NCBI GenBank assembly: GCA_019058275.1
Contig: JAHLVW010000062.1
Coordinates: forward strand, 1 to 64,000
Source: Candidatus Heimdallarchaeota archaeon
GTDB lineage: Archaea; Asgardarchaeota; Heimdallarchaeia; JABLTI01
Reading direction: 5' to 3'
Length of the DNA: 64,000 bases
Part shown: positions 10,859 to 19,759 of the stretch, piece by piece
Layout: each line of letters begins with the position of its first letter
Numbering within the stretch: position 1 is the first letter of the stretch
Translations under genes and position numbers: made by a program
Notes under the pieces: model-generated
Database searches by the model: none
What the model saw: the letters and a program-made list of their open reading frames with translations, nothing else
What the model was told of the DNA's origin: nothing

Positions 10859-10888
10859 AAATTGAAAAAGGTATTTCATTTTCAATTT
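10859..10888 (-). terminator. 10-bp hairpin followed by a U-rich tract on the minus strand
   Basis: AAATTGAAAA (10859-68) / TTTTCAATTT (10879-88), immediately after the stop at 10891. Confidence 0.45.
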
Positions 10889-10890
10889 AA

Positions 10891-11178
10891 TTACCTAAAG
10901 AAATAATTGAAATACCATTTGATAATGTCAAATCGTACCTTTAATCTTTCTTTAAATGAGATGGAACTTATTGATTGAATGCATGCTTCTTCGCAAGAAT
11001 TAGCTCAAGCTTCACCACAAGTGTTACCCAATGCTTCACCAATTCCTTCTGCAAGTCCAAAAGCAACAAGAAGAAGTAGAACTACAATAACAATGATAAT
11101 TACTAAAGGTATGATCCCACAGAAAATTAATAATAGGATATTTTTTCTTCTTTTTGGATTATCTTTTTTAAAAGCCAT
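10891..11178 (-). CDS. Small single-pass Cx3C protein with in-frame UGA at codon 58 (candidate selenoprotein or nonsense pseudogene; not in ORF track)
   Basis: MAFKKDNPKRRKNILLLIFCGIIPLVIIIVIVVLLLLVAFGLAEGIGEALGNTCGEA*ANSCEEACIQSISSISFKERLKVRFDIIKWYFNYFFR; SD-like GTGAT upstream; same architecture as 11312-11887. Confidence 0.7.
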
Positions 11179-11311
11179 TTTATCACATAAAAATCAACGA
11201 AATAATAATGACAAGTTGTTAAAGCAAAAATAGCATAAAAGATTTTTCTTTTTCCTATGATTTCTTAGCTAAATTCTCAAAGAAAGAGAAAAAAAGTAGA
11301 ATAGTTGTTTT

Positions 11312-11887
11312 CTACTTTAATATACTAAAGACTGAATACATTATCCATTTAAGCAGATTTTTAGTATTTTGCAACGATTCTATTGGAGTTATCTTACCAG
11401 AACAACAACCACTACAAGCATTTTCGCAGCACCTATCACCGCAACCTTCACAACAATCTGCACACATTTGTTCACAAGCATTTTCACAGCAGTTTCCACA
11501 AGCATCATCACATCTTTGTGCACACTGTTGCTCACAGCCCTCACAACAACCCGCACAAATTTGGCTTGCACAATTGTCAATACAAGTTTCAAATACTCCA
11601 ACAATCAATAAACCGAAGAAGACAACTCCTAAGATAATGAGGACTATAGGTAATGCAATTCCAAAAATACTAATGTATAGCCATCTTTTTCTTTTATGTT
11701 TTCTTAGCTCTTCCTCTGTTAAGTCTTCTTCTGTAAATTCATCAGTTCCATCTTCAAATGGTTCTGCAGGTGTTTCTTCAATTGAGTCAAATTTCTCATC
11801 TGGAGGTGGTGGAACTGGTTCATCATAAGTAGGAACATCATTCTCTCTTTCATCTTCCTCAGAAGACCAATTTTCTTCCTCCGACAT
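11312..11887 (-). CDS. Membrane-anchored cysteine-rich protein (acidic N-tail, basic patch, TM, Cx3C/CC repeats)
   Basis: CEGCEQQCAQRCDDACGNCCENACEQMCADCCEGCGDRCCENACSGCC after a long TM helix. Confidence 0.8.
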   Translation of the reverse strand: MSEEENWSSEEDERENDVPTYDEPVPPPPDEKFDSIEETPAEPFEDGTDEFTEEDLTEEELRKHKRKRWLYISIFGIALPIVLIILGVVFFGLLIVGVFETCIDNCASQICAGCCEGCEQQCAQRCDDACGNCCENACEQMCADCCEGCGDRCCENACSGCCSGKITPIESLQNTKNLLKWIMYSVFSILK

Positions 11888-11999
11888 AAAATAACTCTCA
11901 CGTTTTTACAAATTTCGTAAAGTATAATTGTAGTTAATTGTAAACTCGAGGTAATAATAACTTTTTGTGGAAGAGATTTTTTGAGTATTAAAGAAAAAA

Positions 12000-12662
12000 T
12001 CATTGTTCTGGAATTGGTTCCACATTTTTTTGTTTAGTTTTTTCTAGTTCTTCCTCAATAATCTTGTATAATTTTCGTACTCGAATGTTGGTATTTTGAT
12101 CAGGATTGCAAGGAGGATCTGCTTCAGCTAAAGGACAATCACTACACTTTCTCCTATTTGCATTACGTCCTCGACTTAAACCATATAAATTGTTTCCTGC
12201 AAGTAGGAGAAATACTAAAACAACTCGTAACCACCATAGAGGAACTTCAATAACAATAGCACAATAAGCTCCGATACCAAAACCTGCTATGAATCTGAAA
12301 ATAGCTTTTAGCCATTTAATCTTTAATCGAAATAACTTGTGTAAAATTGCTAAACCAAAACCTGTGAAAGGCAAAATTGTAATTACATAATGATTGTACC
12401 AAAAAACGTTCGGAACAGCAAAGAATAGAATAGTGTAAAGTATTAATGCAGAATATATCATCGAACAACCAATGCAAAAGTTAAATGAACCAATTTTGAA
12501 AGTATGGTTATCATATCTGCTGCATAAAGGATGGTGACCAAGAATTCTCCAAGCTTTTACTTTAAAGATAGCCCATTGTGTATGAAAAGGAGTACGTTTT
12601 TTCAAAGTAACTTCTTCAGAGAGATAAGGACTAGTTATATTCTCTGAACTTGCATCAGTCAA
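12000..12662 (-). CDS. Membrane protein with His/Cys motifs (DUF2085-like)
   Basis: HHPLC...H, FCIGC, four TM helices, CxxC..C tail. Confidence 0.6.
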   Translation of the reverse strand: MTDASSENITSPYLSEEVTLKKRTPFHTQWAIFKVKAWRILGHHPLCSRYDNHTFKIGSFNFCIGCSMIYSALILYTILFFAVPNVFWYNHYVITILPFTGFGLAILHKLFRLKIKWLKAIFRFIAGFGIGAYCAIVIEVPLWWLRVVLVFLLLAGNNLYGLSRGRNANRRKCSDCPLAEADPPCNPDQNTNIRVRKLYKIIEEELEKTKQKNVEPIPEQ

Positions 12663-12865
12663 TCATAATACTCCCAGGTTAATTCTAATATAAATTGCAA
12701 TTTCAATATAAATTAAATATTACTTCATATTGAAGAATTTATCTATTTTAAAACAAATATCAGAAAGAGAACATAAAATATGATTCTCGCCAAAAGCTCT
12801 TTAAAATGAAAAGCTATCTTAATTAATCGTAATTCAAATTACCATAATATGAGGAATGGATTATT

Positions 12866-13093
12866 GTGACCGCTGTAGACAGATATTCAATTAAGTATAA
12901 AGAAGAAGTAAAGCATTTTGACAATCACACAGATGCTGTTGTTTATGTTTTGAGCTTACCTTCGAATAGCGAAAAGGTTGATATTAAGAAATATGGAAGC
13001 TGGCAAAAAGTTCTGATTCATATTATCGGAGAGGTAAATGAGATACAAAGATTAGTAAAAATAGTAGCTGATTGGGAAGCGAAGACTAAATAA
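12866..13093 (+). CDS. Small hypothetical protein
   Basis: 75-aa ORF with GAGG SD-like sequence upstream and T-tract downstream. Confidence 0.6.
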   Translation: MTAVDRYSIKYKEEVKHFDNHTDAVVYVLSLPSNSEKVDIKKYGSWQKVLIHIIGEVNEIQRLVKIVADWEAKTK

Positions 13094-13203
13094 TTTCTTT
13101 TTTCTCAATTAGTTTTTGTTTTACTTTAAGCTATATGGGTTAGAGGTTTTTTCAATTATTTTAGTGTATAAATATAATGAGTAGTTAAAGGAAGTTCAGA
13201 TCT

Positions 13204-13713
13204 TTGATATCAGTAAGAGAAGCAATTTCTTGGAAATTATATAAAGAAGCATGGATCAAAGGAATGAAACATATACATTGGTTTAATGAAGATATTCCAT
13301 TTGATTATAATAAAGATGAAGAATTATTAGAATTAAAACAAGACTTCAGTAATTCGCAAAATCTTTTTCTAGAAGCAATTACAAAAAATGAAGAAATTCA
13401 AGGAGTACTTGGTATTAGAATTCGTAATAACATTGCTTCCTTTAGAAGATGGGAACCAGCCATTCCCAAAGTAAACCAAGATAAGGAAATTGGTAATATC
13501 CTAATAAAAGAGGGAATCACTTCACTAAAAAATAAAGGAATAAAAGAAGTAAATTGTATGCTCAAGTACCCATTTAATTTTCCAGAATTTGCTATTTGTC
13601 ATAATGATCTCTACAAAGATGTTGGTTTTAAAAAGAGAAAAGTTGATGGTGTCTCTTTACTTCTTAATTTGTCTAATAAACATAAATCAAAAAGAAGAAT
13701 TCAGACGTCGTGA
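13204..13713 (+). CDS. GNAT-like protein (probably N-terminal half of a split tandem GNAT)
   Basis: P..Q.K.IG..L...G...LK..G and LY...GF pattern. Confidence 0.6.
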   Translation: MISVREAISWKLYKEAWIKGMKHIHWFNEDIPFDYNKDEELLELKQDFSNSQNLFLEAITKNEEIQGVLGIRIRNNIASFRRWEPAIPKVNQDKEIGNILIKEGITSLKNKGIKEVNCMLKYPFNFPEFAICHNDLYKDVGFKKRKVDGVSLLLNLSNKHKSKRRIQTS

Positions 13714-14186
13714 TTGATAATTGTAAAGATTTTTCACTAAATGAACTTGTTGATTTTACATTAAGAGCTTTTGGATCAACTAAAGAAGATCGGGCTATTC
13801 ACGGTGACGATCAATTAGTTTCAAATCCAGAAGTGTGCATGAGAGTTCTACAAGCAATAAAAAAAGGTAATTTTGGAAAATCTAATCCTGATTTTTGGAA
13901 AGTCGCTTTAGTCGATGGCAAAATTGCTGGTTTAATAGTTTCGTTTATTCCCAAGATAGCTTCTAGGCCAAAACATGGTGTTATCGGGCAACTAGCTGTT
14001 TCTCATGAATTCAGAGGAAGAGGGATAGCGTCTAACTTGATTTCTAAAACTCATAAACTCTTTAGGTCTGAAAATTGCAAGTATGGTTTTGTAGGAACTC
14101 CAATTACTAATATTGGAGCAATAAAGTTATATGAAAAATTTGGATATGAAATAATCTTTAGAATGAGCCATTTTGTATACATTTGA
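13710..14186 (+). CDS. GNAT acetyltransferase
   Basis: LAVSHEFRGRGIA, N.GA..LYEKFGY. Confidence 0.85.
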   Translation: MIDNCKDFSLNELVDFTLRAFGSTKEDRAIHGDDQLVSNPEVCMRVLQAIKKGNFGKSNPDFWKVALVDGKIAGLIVSFIPKIASRPKHGVIGQLAVSHEFRGRGIASNLISKTHKLFRSENCKYGFVGTPITNIGAIKLYEKFGYEIIFRMSHFVYI

Positions 14187-14206
14187 AAAAGTAAGAATAA
14201 TTAGCA

Positions 14207-15178
14207 TTACTTATTTTTGTTTCTTACAAGTTTTTCTAATATACTAAATTGAATAATTTCTTCAAAAGACTCTTTGTAATATTTAAGCTGTAGTAATAAT
14301 TGTTTGTATTCTGTAAATTTAGTATTATTTAATAATAATAATTCAGTTGTTTTCTGATAAGTTAGAATTGAGCAGTAATCAGTTAAATCAAGTGAATTCT
14401 CATTAGACTTTCTCATGCAGTTTTCAATATCAGAGAGAAAAGTTGAAAGCTTTGATTTATTAATGATCCAACAATTGCTGCCATCATATAGGATTTCAAA
14501 TATCTTATTCTGATTGTATCTTTTAATTTCCAAGAATAAAGCTAACGAAATATCGATTTTATTCAATAAATTATTTTTATTTATATCCCTTGTCCAATCA
14601 AATTCTAAATAAGATTTCTTGTAGACTTTTCCATCTAGTTCAACAATTCTTCCTTGATTAATCCATCTAGTAAACATTACGAAACAAAATTCTATAATTG
14701 TTATTGTTATTATACTGGCTATAATTGTATTTTTTATTGAATTTGAGTATATCCATTTTTCAAAATCTGTTTTATAAACAGCCAATAAAGTTAGGTAATA
14801 TATATCTATATACTGACCAGTGTAATCTTTTATTGTACTTAGATTACTAATAACTTCCATAGTTGAACGAATTAATCCTGTATCCATTATACTTGTTTTA
14901 CTCGGTGCAAAACGATAACCCATTTCATTATAATACACTTCAACAAATCCATATATTTTAAGCCTTCCTTTGGCGTTTAGTAGCTTCTTAACTTCTTCTT
15001 TAGGTATTTCTTTCCATAAATTAACAAATATCTCATTTCCATAATGATCCCCTATAATAAATGAATCCGCTTCTGTGTTTGGATTATTATACTGAAATAT
15101 CAGTATTGACGATATTGAATTCATAATAATCCAGCAGATTATTGAATAAAGAAAGGTTCTAGTTCTGAGATATGCCAT
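14207..15178 (-). CDS. Hypothetical membrane protein (two TM segments)
   Basis: 323-aa ORF, GGTGG SD upstream, two hydrophobic segments. Confidence 0.6.
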   Translation of the reverse strand: MAYLRTRTFLYSIICWIIMNSISSILIFQYNNPNTEADSFIIGDHYGNEIFVNLWKEIPKEEVKKLLNAKGRLKIYGFVEVYYNEMGYRFAPSKTSIMDTGLIRSTMEVISNLSTIKDYTGQYIDIYYLTLLAVYKTDFEKWIYSNSIKNTIIASIITITIIEFCFVMFTRWINQGRIVELDGKVYKKSYLEFDWTRDINKNNLLNKIDISLALFLEIKRYNQNKIFEILYDGSNCWIINKSKLSTFLSDIENCMRKSNENSLDLTDYCSILTYQKTTELLLLNNTKFTEYKQLLLQLKYYKESFEEIIQFSILEKLVRNKNK

Positions 15179-15304
15179 CCAAAACCACCATCCTATTTAT
15201 ATCGCTTTAATTACACATCGTCTACACTTTATATATTTTTACATTTTTATGAAATTGGAAATAATTTGCATTTTTACATCAAAAATTAATTTGGAACTTT
15301 TGTT

Positions 15305-15400
15305 ATGCCAAAGTAAAAAATGACGAAAAGGTGACTATTTTAAGCGTTTTGCAGACCCAAACGGATTGAGAGTTCTGCAATATTCTTTTGTAGTCTTTTT
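15305..15400 (+). pseudogene. Possible degraded ArsR-family regulator fragment
   Basis: One frame reads YFKRFADPNGLRVLQ, close to the ArsR N-terminal FKALADPNRLRIL; no intact start in frame. Confidence 0.35.
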
Positions 15401-15632
15401 CCTTCGGAAATCCTACACAACAACAATACCAATCCCATGCTGTTATGAGTCTTTTCGGAGGCTTTCTTTTCGCCAATTTAATATTAGGCACTATATTTAA
15501 AGAACCTATCATAAACATAATTAGTATAATTTCTTATTACATGTCAACCAAAAGAAGGGAAATATTAACATGAAAGTGTTAATAAATAACTGACCTTGAA
15601 TTCTATTGCAACTCAAATCCCTGCGAACTAGA

Positions 15633-16196
15633 CTATTTGACTTGTTTTATCCATTTATCAAGAAGATCTGAGTATTGAGCTACTGCTAACCCATAATTAA
15701 ATTGAGTTTTATCTCCCTGTTCTTCTGTTTTGATGATTTTTAAGATTTTCTCGACACTTGTAACAAACTCATCACTGCAATTCTTACAAATAATACCCTC
15801 AAGTGTTGGGAACATGCCAATTGGCATTTTTTCAATTAAGTGAGCAGTTTCATATTTATCTTCATTTTCAGCTTTATCTTCAAGATCGGTCAATTCTGTT
15901 TTCTTGGTCTTGTTTTTTGTAGTTTTTACAATTATGTTGGACTGTTGAAAATTCATTCTTATAATTAGATCGTGAACTTGTTTCTTATGTTCTTCCATAT
16001 GATTTTCATAGATAGATATTTGTGATTGACAATAGAAACAATGATCTTCTTTTCTTTTGCTAAAATTATCCATTTCATTAGGGTAAATTACTAGAAACTT
16101 CTCCAATATGCCTTTAGTAGCTTCATTAGTAAAATTCTTCCTTAATTTGAGATATTCTTCATAGCGATCACTATTTTCACTTTCCATTACATGCAC
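15633..16196 (-). CDS. Hypothetical protein with putative zinc ligands
   Basis: CFYC-x9-H-x3-H and a distal CKNC; GAGGTG SD. Confidence 0.65.
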   Translation of the reverse strand: MHVMESENSDRYEEYLKLRKNFTNEATKGILEKFLVIYPNEMDNFSKRKEDHCFYCQSQISIYENHMEEHKKQVHDLIIRMNFQQSNIIVKTTKNKTKKTELTDLEDKAENEDKYETAHLIEKMPIGMFPTLEGIICKNCSDEFVTSVEKILKIIKTEEQGDKTQFNYGLAVAQYSDLLDKWIKQVK

Positions 16197-16373
16197 CTCA
16201 AAATATCTATTACAATAATGCGGAGTATATTTAAAACATTCCAGTGAAAAAAGGTTAAAACTATAACAATAATGATTGAATAACGAATAATTTAAAGGAA
16301 AAAGTAAAACCAGTTTGTTAAATAAAGAAATAAATTAAATTTACTTCAAATAGTAAAATATAATATTATTTTA

Positions 16374-16742
16374 GTGTTGAAACCAATTCAATGTGTGAGT
16401 AAAATGAGACGATTTCCTAAAAATAAAGCTACAAAACAAGTCTACAATGTTGATACAAACAGCATGATAATGAGAGACCATTTAGCAGCAGATAGAACAG
16501 CTTTAGCTAATGAACGTACACTATTATCTTATATTAGAACAGCATTAGCACTTGTTGCAGGTGGATTTGGTTTAATCAAGTTTGTAGAAGAACAAGCATT
16601 CATAATCTTAGGTTGGATTCTTGTTCCAATAGGGGTTGCTATTTTAGTATTTGGAGCTTATCGATTTGTTATATTTAGACGAACAATCAGGAAATTAGGT
16701 TGTAGCTATAATATAAATGACACTGAATCAGAGAAGAATTAA
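16374..16742 (+). CDS. DUF202 / YidH-like small membrane protein
   Basis: RDHLAADRTALANERTLLSYIRT followed by two TM helices. Confidence 0.9.
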   Translation: MLKPIQCVSKMRRFPKNKATKQVYNVDTNSMIMRDHLAADRTALANERTLLSYIRTALALVAGGFGLIKFVEEQAFIILGWILVPIGVAILVFGAYRFVIFRRTIRKLGCSYNINDTESEKN

Positions 16743-16813
16743 GTTCAAGAATTCTTAAAAATACAAATAAACTTATTTTCTCGATATTTGTATTATTTAG
16801 TAACAATTCAATA

Positions 16814-18190
16814 ATGGGAGTTATTATCTTGTCATTTGTAAAAGGGATATTAAAAATCAGTTATCTTCAGTTAGTAACAGGAATTATTGGTTTTCTTGGA
16901 GCAATTTTCTTAATGGTTGGATTAACAACTCCAAATTCTGTTTATCCAAATAATTCATATCATCCTGGAAGGACTTTTTTACATGATTTGTATGAATACA
17001 ATAATGAGTACTTTATTTATACAAATACTACTTATGGAATAATATATGCTATAGCAATTGGAATACTTCTCATCAGTTTGTTTACTATTTTGGGTTCAAT
17101 AATACCAAAATTGGATGTTTTTTCCAAGTTAAATCCATTATTTATAATTTTGTTCATATTCTTCCTTGTTCCAATGTTTATTCCAAATTACTATTTCTCA
17201 CCAGTGAAATATCTGACATTTGATATGACAGATATTGCGTCAGATGTTGCATATTGGTCCATGAGAGATGTAAATGAATCAGTCAGACTTGAGATAGCTA
17301 GCGGTTTCATTCATTGTATTATTGCAATAGTTACACTTGTAATTGCATTTTTCATGTCAACAATTAGCATTTTTAAGAAATATACTGAAAGACAAAAATC
17401 TTCAGAAGAAATAAGAGAAATGAATATCTTCCAATTTGATGTACATCAATTATATCAACCCAAAAATATTTTCAACATCATATTATCAATTTTCGCAGTA
17501 ATTTTAGGCATTGGAATTATGAATGGGTTAAATAAACCATATTATGATTGGGAGTATCGTGGAACTCCACCTATACCAGCTTATAGAAATCCGAGTTTCT
17601 TACGACCTGAAAGATTATTTTACGATGGAGAAAATTATCATTATAAAAACTTCGTAGATATTTCTGCTGTACTTTATCTTCTCATTGCTTTGTGTGTTGT
17701 TTTAGCTAGTATTATGTTATTTCTATCTAGTTTTCAATTATTTAATCCTGCATTAGCAAAAGGATCCCTTGTCTTCTTTTCAGCTATTCTTCTATTCTTA
17801 CCATTGTACACTATTGATTTTGGTTGGTGGGGTGAAGTATGGTACCCCTCATTTGTACAGATTTTCATGGAACTAAATTACATCTTTTATCAAGCAACTA
17901 GTACTGGTGTTAGATTTGCCCAAGGAGATTTAGATTACCAAAGAATAGTAACATCAGATGGTAATTTTCTATATTCATCTATGTTAATGTTGCTTGTTGT
18001 TTTTGTACTATGCATAGGAAGTTTGGCACTAAGCTTCAAAAAACAAGAAGAATTCGTAGAACCAATTGTTAGACCAGAAAGAAGAATGGTTGTTGAAGTT
18101 CCAGAAGCAACTCCAAAAGAAATAATTTTAGATAATGAAATAAAGAAAGCAAATCTCAAACTTGTAGAAGAACTGCTAAAAGATAAATGA
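16814..18190 (+). CDS. Hypothetical multipass membrane protein (apparent two-fold internal repeat)
   Basis: About 8 TM helices arranged as two TM-loop-TM-TM-loop-TM units. Confidence 0.65.
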   Translation: MGVIILSFVKGILKISYLQLVTGIIGFLGAIFLMVGLTTPNSVYPNNSYHPGRTFLHDLYEYNNEYFIYTNTTYGIIYAIAIGILLISLFTILGSIIPKLDVFSKLNPLFIILFIFFLVPMFIPNYYFSPVKYLTFDMTDIASDVAYWSMRDVNESVRLEIASGFIHCIIAIVTLVIAFFMSTISIFKKYTERQKSSEEIREMNIFQFDVHQLYQPKNIFNIILSIFAVILGIGIMNGLNKPYYDWEYRGTPPIPAYRNPSFLRPERLFYDGENYHYKNFVDISAVLYLLIALCVVLASIMLFLSSFQLFNPALAKGSLVFFSAILLFLPLYTIDFGWWGEVWYPSFVQIFMELNYIFYQATSTGVRFAQGDLDYQRIVTSDGNFLYSSMLMLLVVFVLCIGSLALSFKKQEEFVEPIVRPERRMVVEVPEATPKEIILDNEIKKANLKLVEELLKDK

Positions 18191-18218
18191 ATATTATTAT
18201 CAAATATTGAATGATTCC

Positions 18219-18236
18219 GGGTGAATAAACTCACCC
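18219..18236 (+). terminator. Hairpin plus T tract between convergent genes
   Basis: GGGTGA-ATAAAC-TCACCC followed by ATTTTTGTTTTT. Confidence 0.55.
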
Positions 18237-18314
18237 ATTTTTGTTTTTATCAAAATCATTTACATTTAAGAATTAAAAAATAAAAGAAAAAAGTAAGGGA
18301 TATACCCTTCTAAT

Positions 18315-19553
18315 CTAATAATCTAACTTGTCAAATAGACGCATTGTATCTGCTTCAATTTCCATTTCATCAAGAAATCTCATAGCAGCTCTGTGAGGAT
18401 CACTAGAACGATAGATGTATCTACCAACGATGACAATATCTGCACCAGCTTTTAATGCATCTGCTAATGGTTTGCCTGGTTTAAGCCCACCAGCTACAGC
18501 TGCTAATCCGCCTGTAATCTTCTTTATGCGTTTCAAGTCACCCCAAACACCTCTTGAAGCTGAAGTTCCCTCTTTCTTTGCTGCTCCTTCTTTTTGGGCT
18601 ACTTCTTGATCGATACCCCTGTGTAGAATTACTACTTTTGGTTTTTCTTTTAGCTTCTCAAGTGTTGCTATAAATTGTGTTTGATTAGTGTTTAGAGAAT
18701 CAACCCAAGCATGTACTCCTCTTTTGTTACACTCTCGAATGAATTCTTTAATGGTAGATTCAGGAGCTACTCCAGAAACAACAACAGCGTTTGCTGTAGC
18801 ATCAGCTGCTGCTCCAACTTCAGCTCGTCCAACATCCATTGTTTTCATGTCAGCAATAATATATGCTCCTGGTTTTAAAGCTCTCATCTTTCCAATTGTA
18901 TCTTCAATACCATATTTCTTAATGTAAGGAGTACCAATTTCAATAATAATTCGATCAGATTTTGGTAACTGTTCTACAATTTTCACAGCAGTGGATAGTG
19001 AACCTACATCGAGAGCAATTTGTAAGTAAGGTGGATCCCATATTGTTTGAGGTCTGAATTTCATTACTGGGTGTCTAGCTCTATCTTTCTCAGCAATTAA
19101 TTTCTTTAATGGTGGGTAATTGCTTAAAGCTCTTTTAATAGCTAATCTTGTTGCTCCATAATTATAATAGTAAATTTTAGACTCATCTTCAGCTTTAGGA
19201 TGGATAAAAACACTAACAATGCAAACATAATCGAATATTTTGGCTTGAGGAATATCTCCCTCTACTGTTGCATCAGCTACTGCTTTAGCAACAGCCATCT
19301 GAGCTGGACCAAAGATTTTTTCTGCTTGATCTAAATTGTCAATTGTTACCTTAGGGACAATTAAAGTCCTTGGATGTGGACTTAAGTTTGGTTTAATTAG
19401 AGCTAAAAGGGGTGTATGCCCTTGTGACAATTGAGTCATACCGTTAGCAAAAGCATGACCAACAGGACCATCTTTATCTCCAATCATTAAATCAATATGT
19501 GCAAGTTCGTTACCTTTACCTTGAAGAGCTTCTCCAATAAAAAAGTCTGCCAA
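18315..19553 (-). CDS. fae-hps: Bifunctional formaldehyde-activating enzyme / 3-hexulose-6-phosphate synthase
   Basis: GEAL.G.GNE.AHIDL, FGPAQ.AVA, VFIHP (Fae); LQIALD, EIGTP, DMKTMD, HRGID, VGR (HPS). Likely start is TTG at 19553 after a GGTGG SD, not 19664. Confidence 0.95.
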   Translation of the reverse strand: MADFFIGEALQGKGNELAHIDLMIGDKDGPVGHAFANGMTQLSQGHTPLLALIKPNLSPHPRTLIVPKVTIDNLDQAEKIFGPAQMAVAKAVADATVEGDIPQAKIFDYVCIVSVFIHPKAEDESKIYYYNYGATRLAIKRALSNYPPLKKLIAEKDRARHPVMKFRPQTIWDPPYLQIALDVGSLSTAVKIVEQLPKSDRIIIEIGTPYIKKYGIEDTIGKMRALKPGAYIIADMKTMDVGRAEVGAAADATANAVVVSGVAPESTIKEFIRECNKRGVHAWVDSLNTNQTQFIATLEKLKEKPKVVILHRGIDQEVAQKEGAAKKEGTSASRGVWGDLKRIKKITGGLAAVAGGLKPGKPLADALKAGADIVIVGRYIYRSSDPHRAAMRFLDEMEIEADTMRLFDKLDY

Positions 19554-19759
19554 TTTTTTTAAAACCACCGTGGGATTGGTTGTGTGTAAACTACGAATGC
19601 TTTCGTTTAATAAATCTATCTGATTCGTTGTTTTAATAAAGTAACTAGTTTCTAGATAGTACATCTTTAGTGTTTATTTCGTCCAAAGACATAATTTTTT
19701 CAAAAAAATAGAAGAAATATGGAAAAAATTTTTTTACAGTAAAGCTTGTATTTGGTACT

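Noticed and set aside
10979-11233. 84-aa plus-strand ORF in the track
   Set aside because: It is the antisense shadow of the minus-strand Cx3C gene, which has an SD, a TM helix and a paralogue.
11369-11828. His-rich and Thr-rich plus-strand ORFs
   Set aside because: They are antisense by-products of the TGT/TGC-rich codons of the Cys-rich gene.
15345-15470. Possible riboswitch/ncRNA with UUCG-like loops
   Set aside because: The stems are short and G-U rich, and the region is equally explained by decayed coding fragments (ArsR-like on plus, a broken ORF on minus).
19554-19664. N-terminal 37-aa extension of Fae-Hps in the ORF track
   Set aside because: A GGTGG SD precedes TTG at 19553, where Fae similarity begins; the extension overlaps the promoter region.
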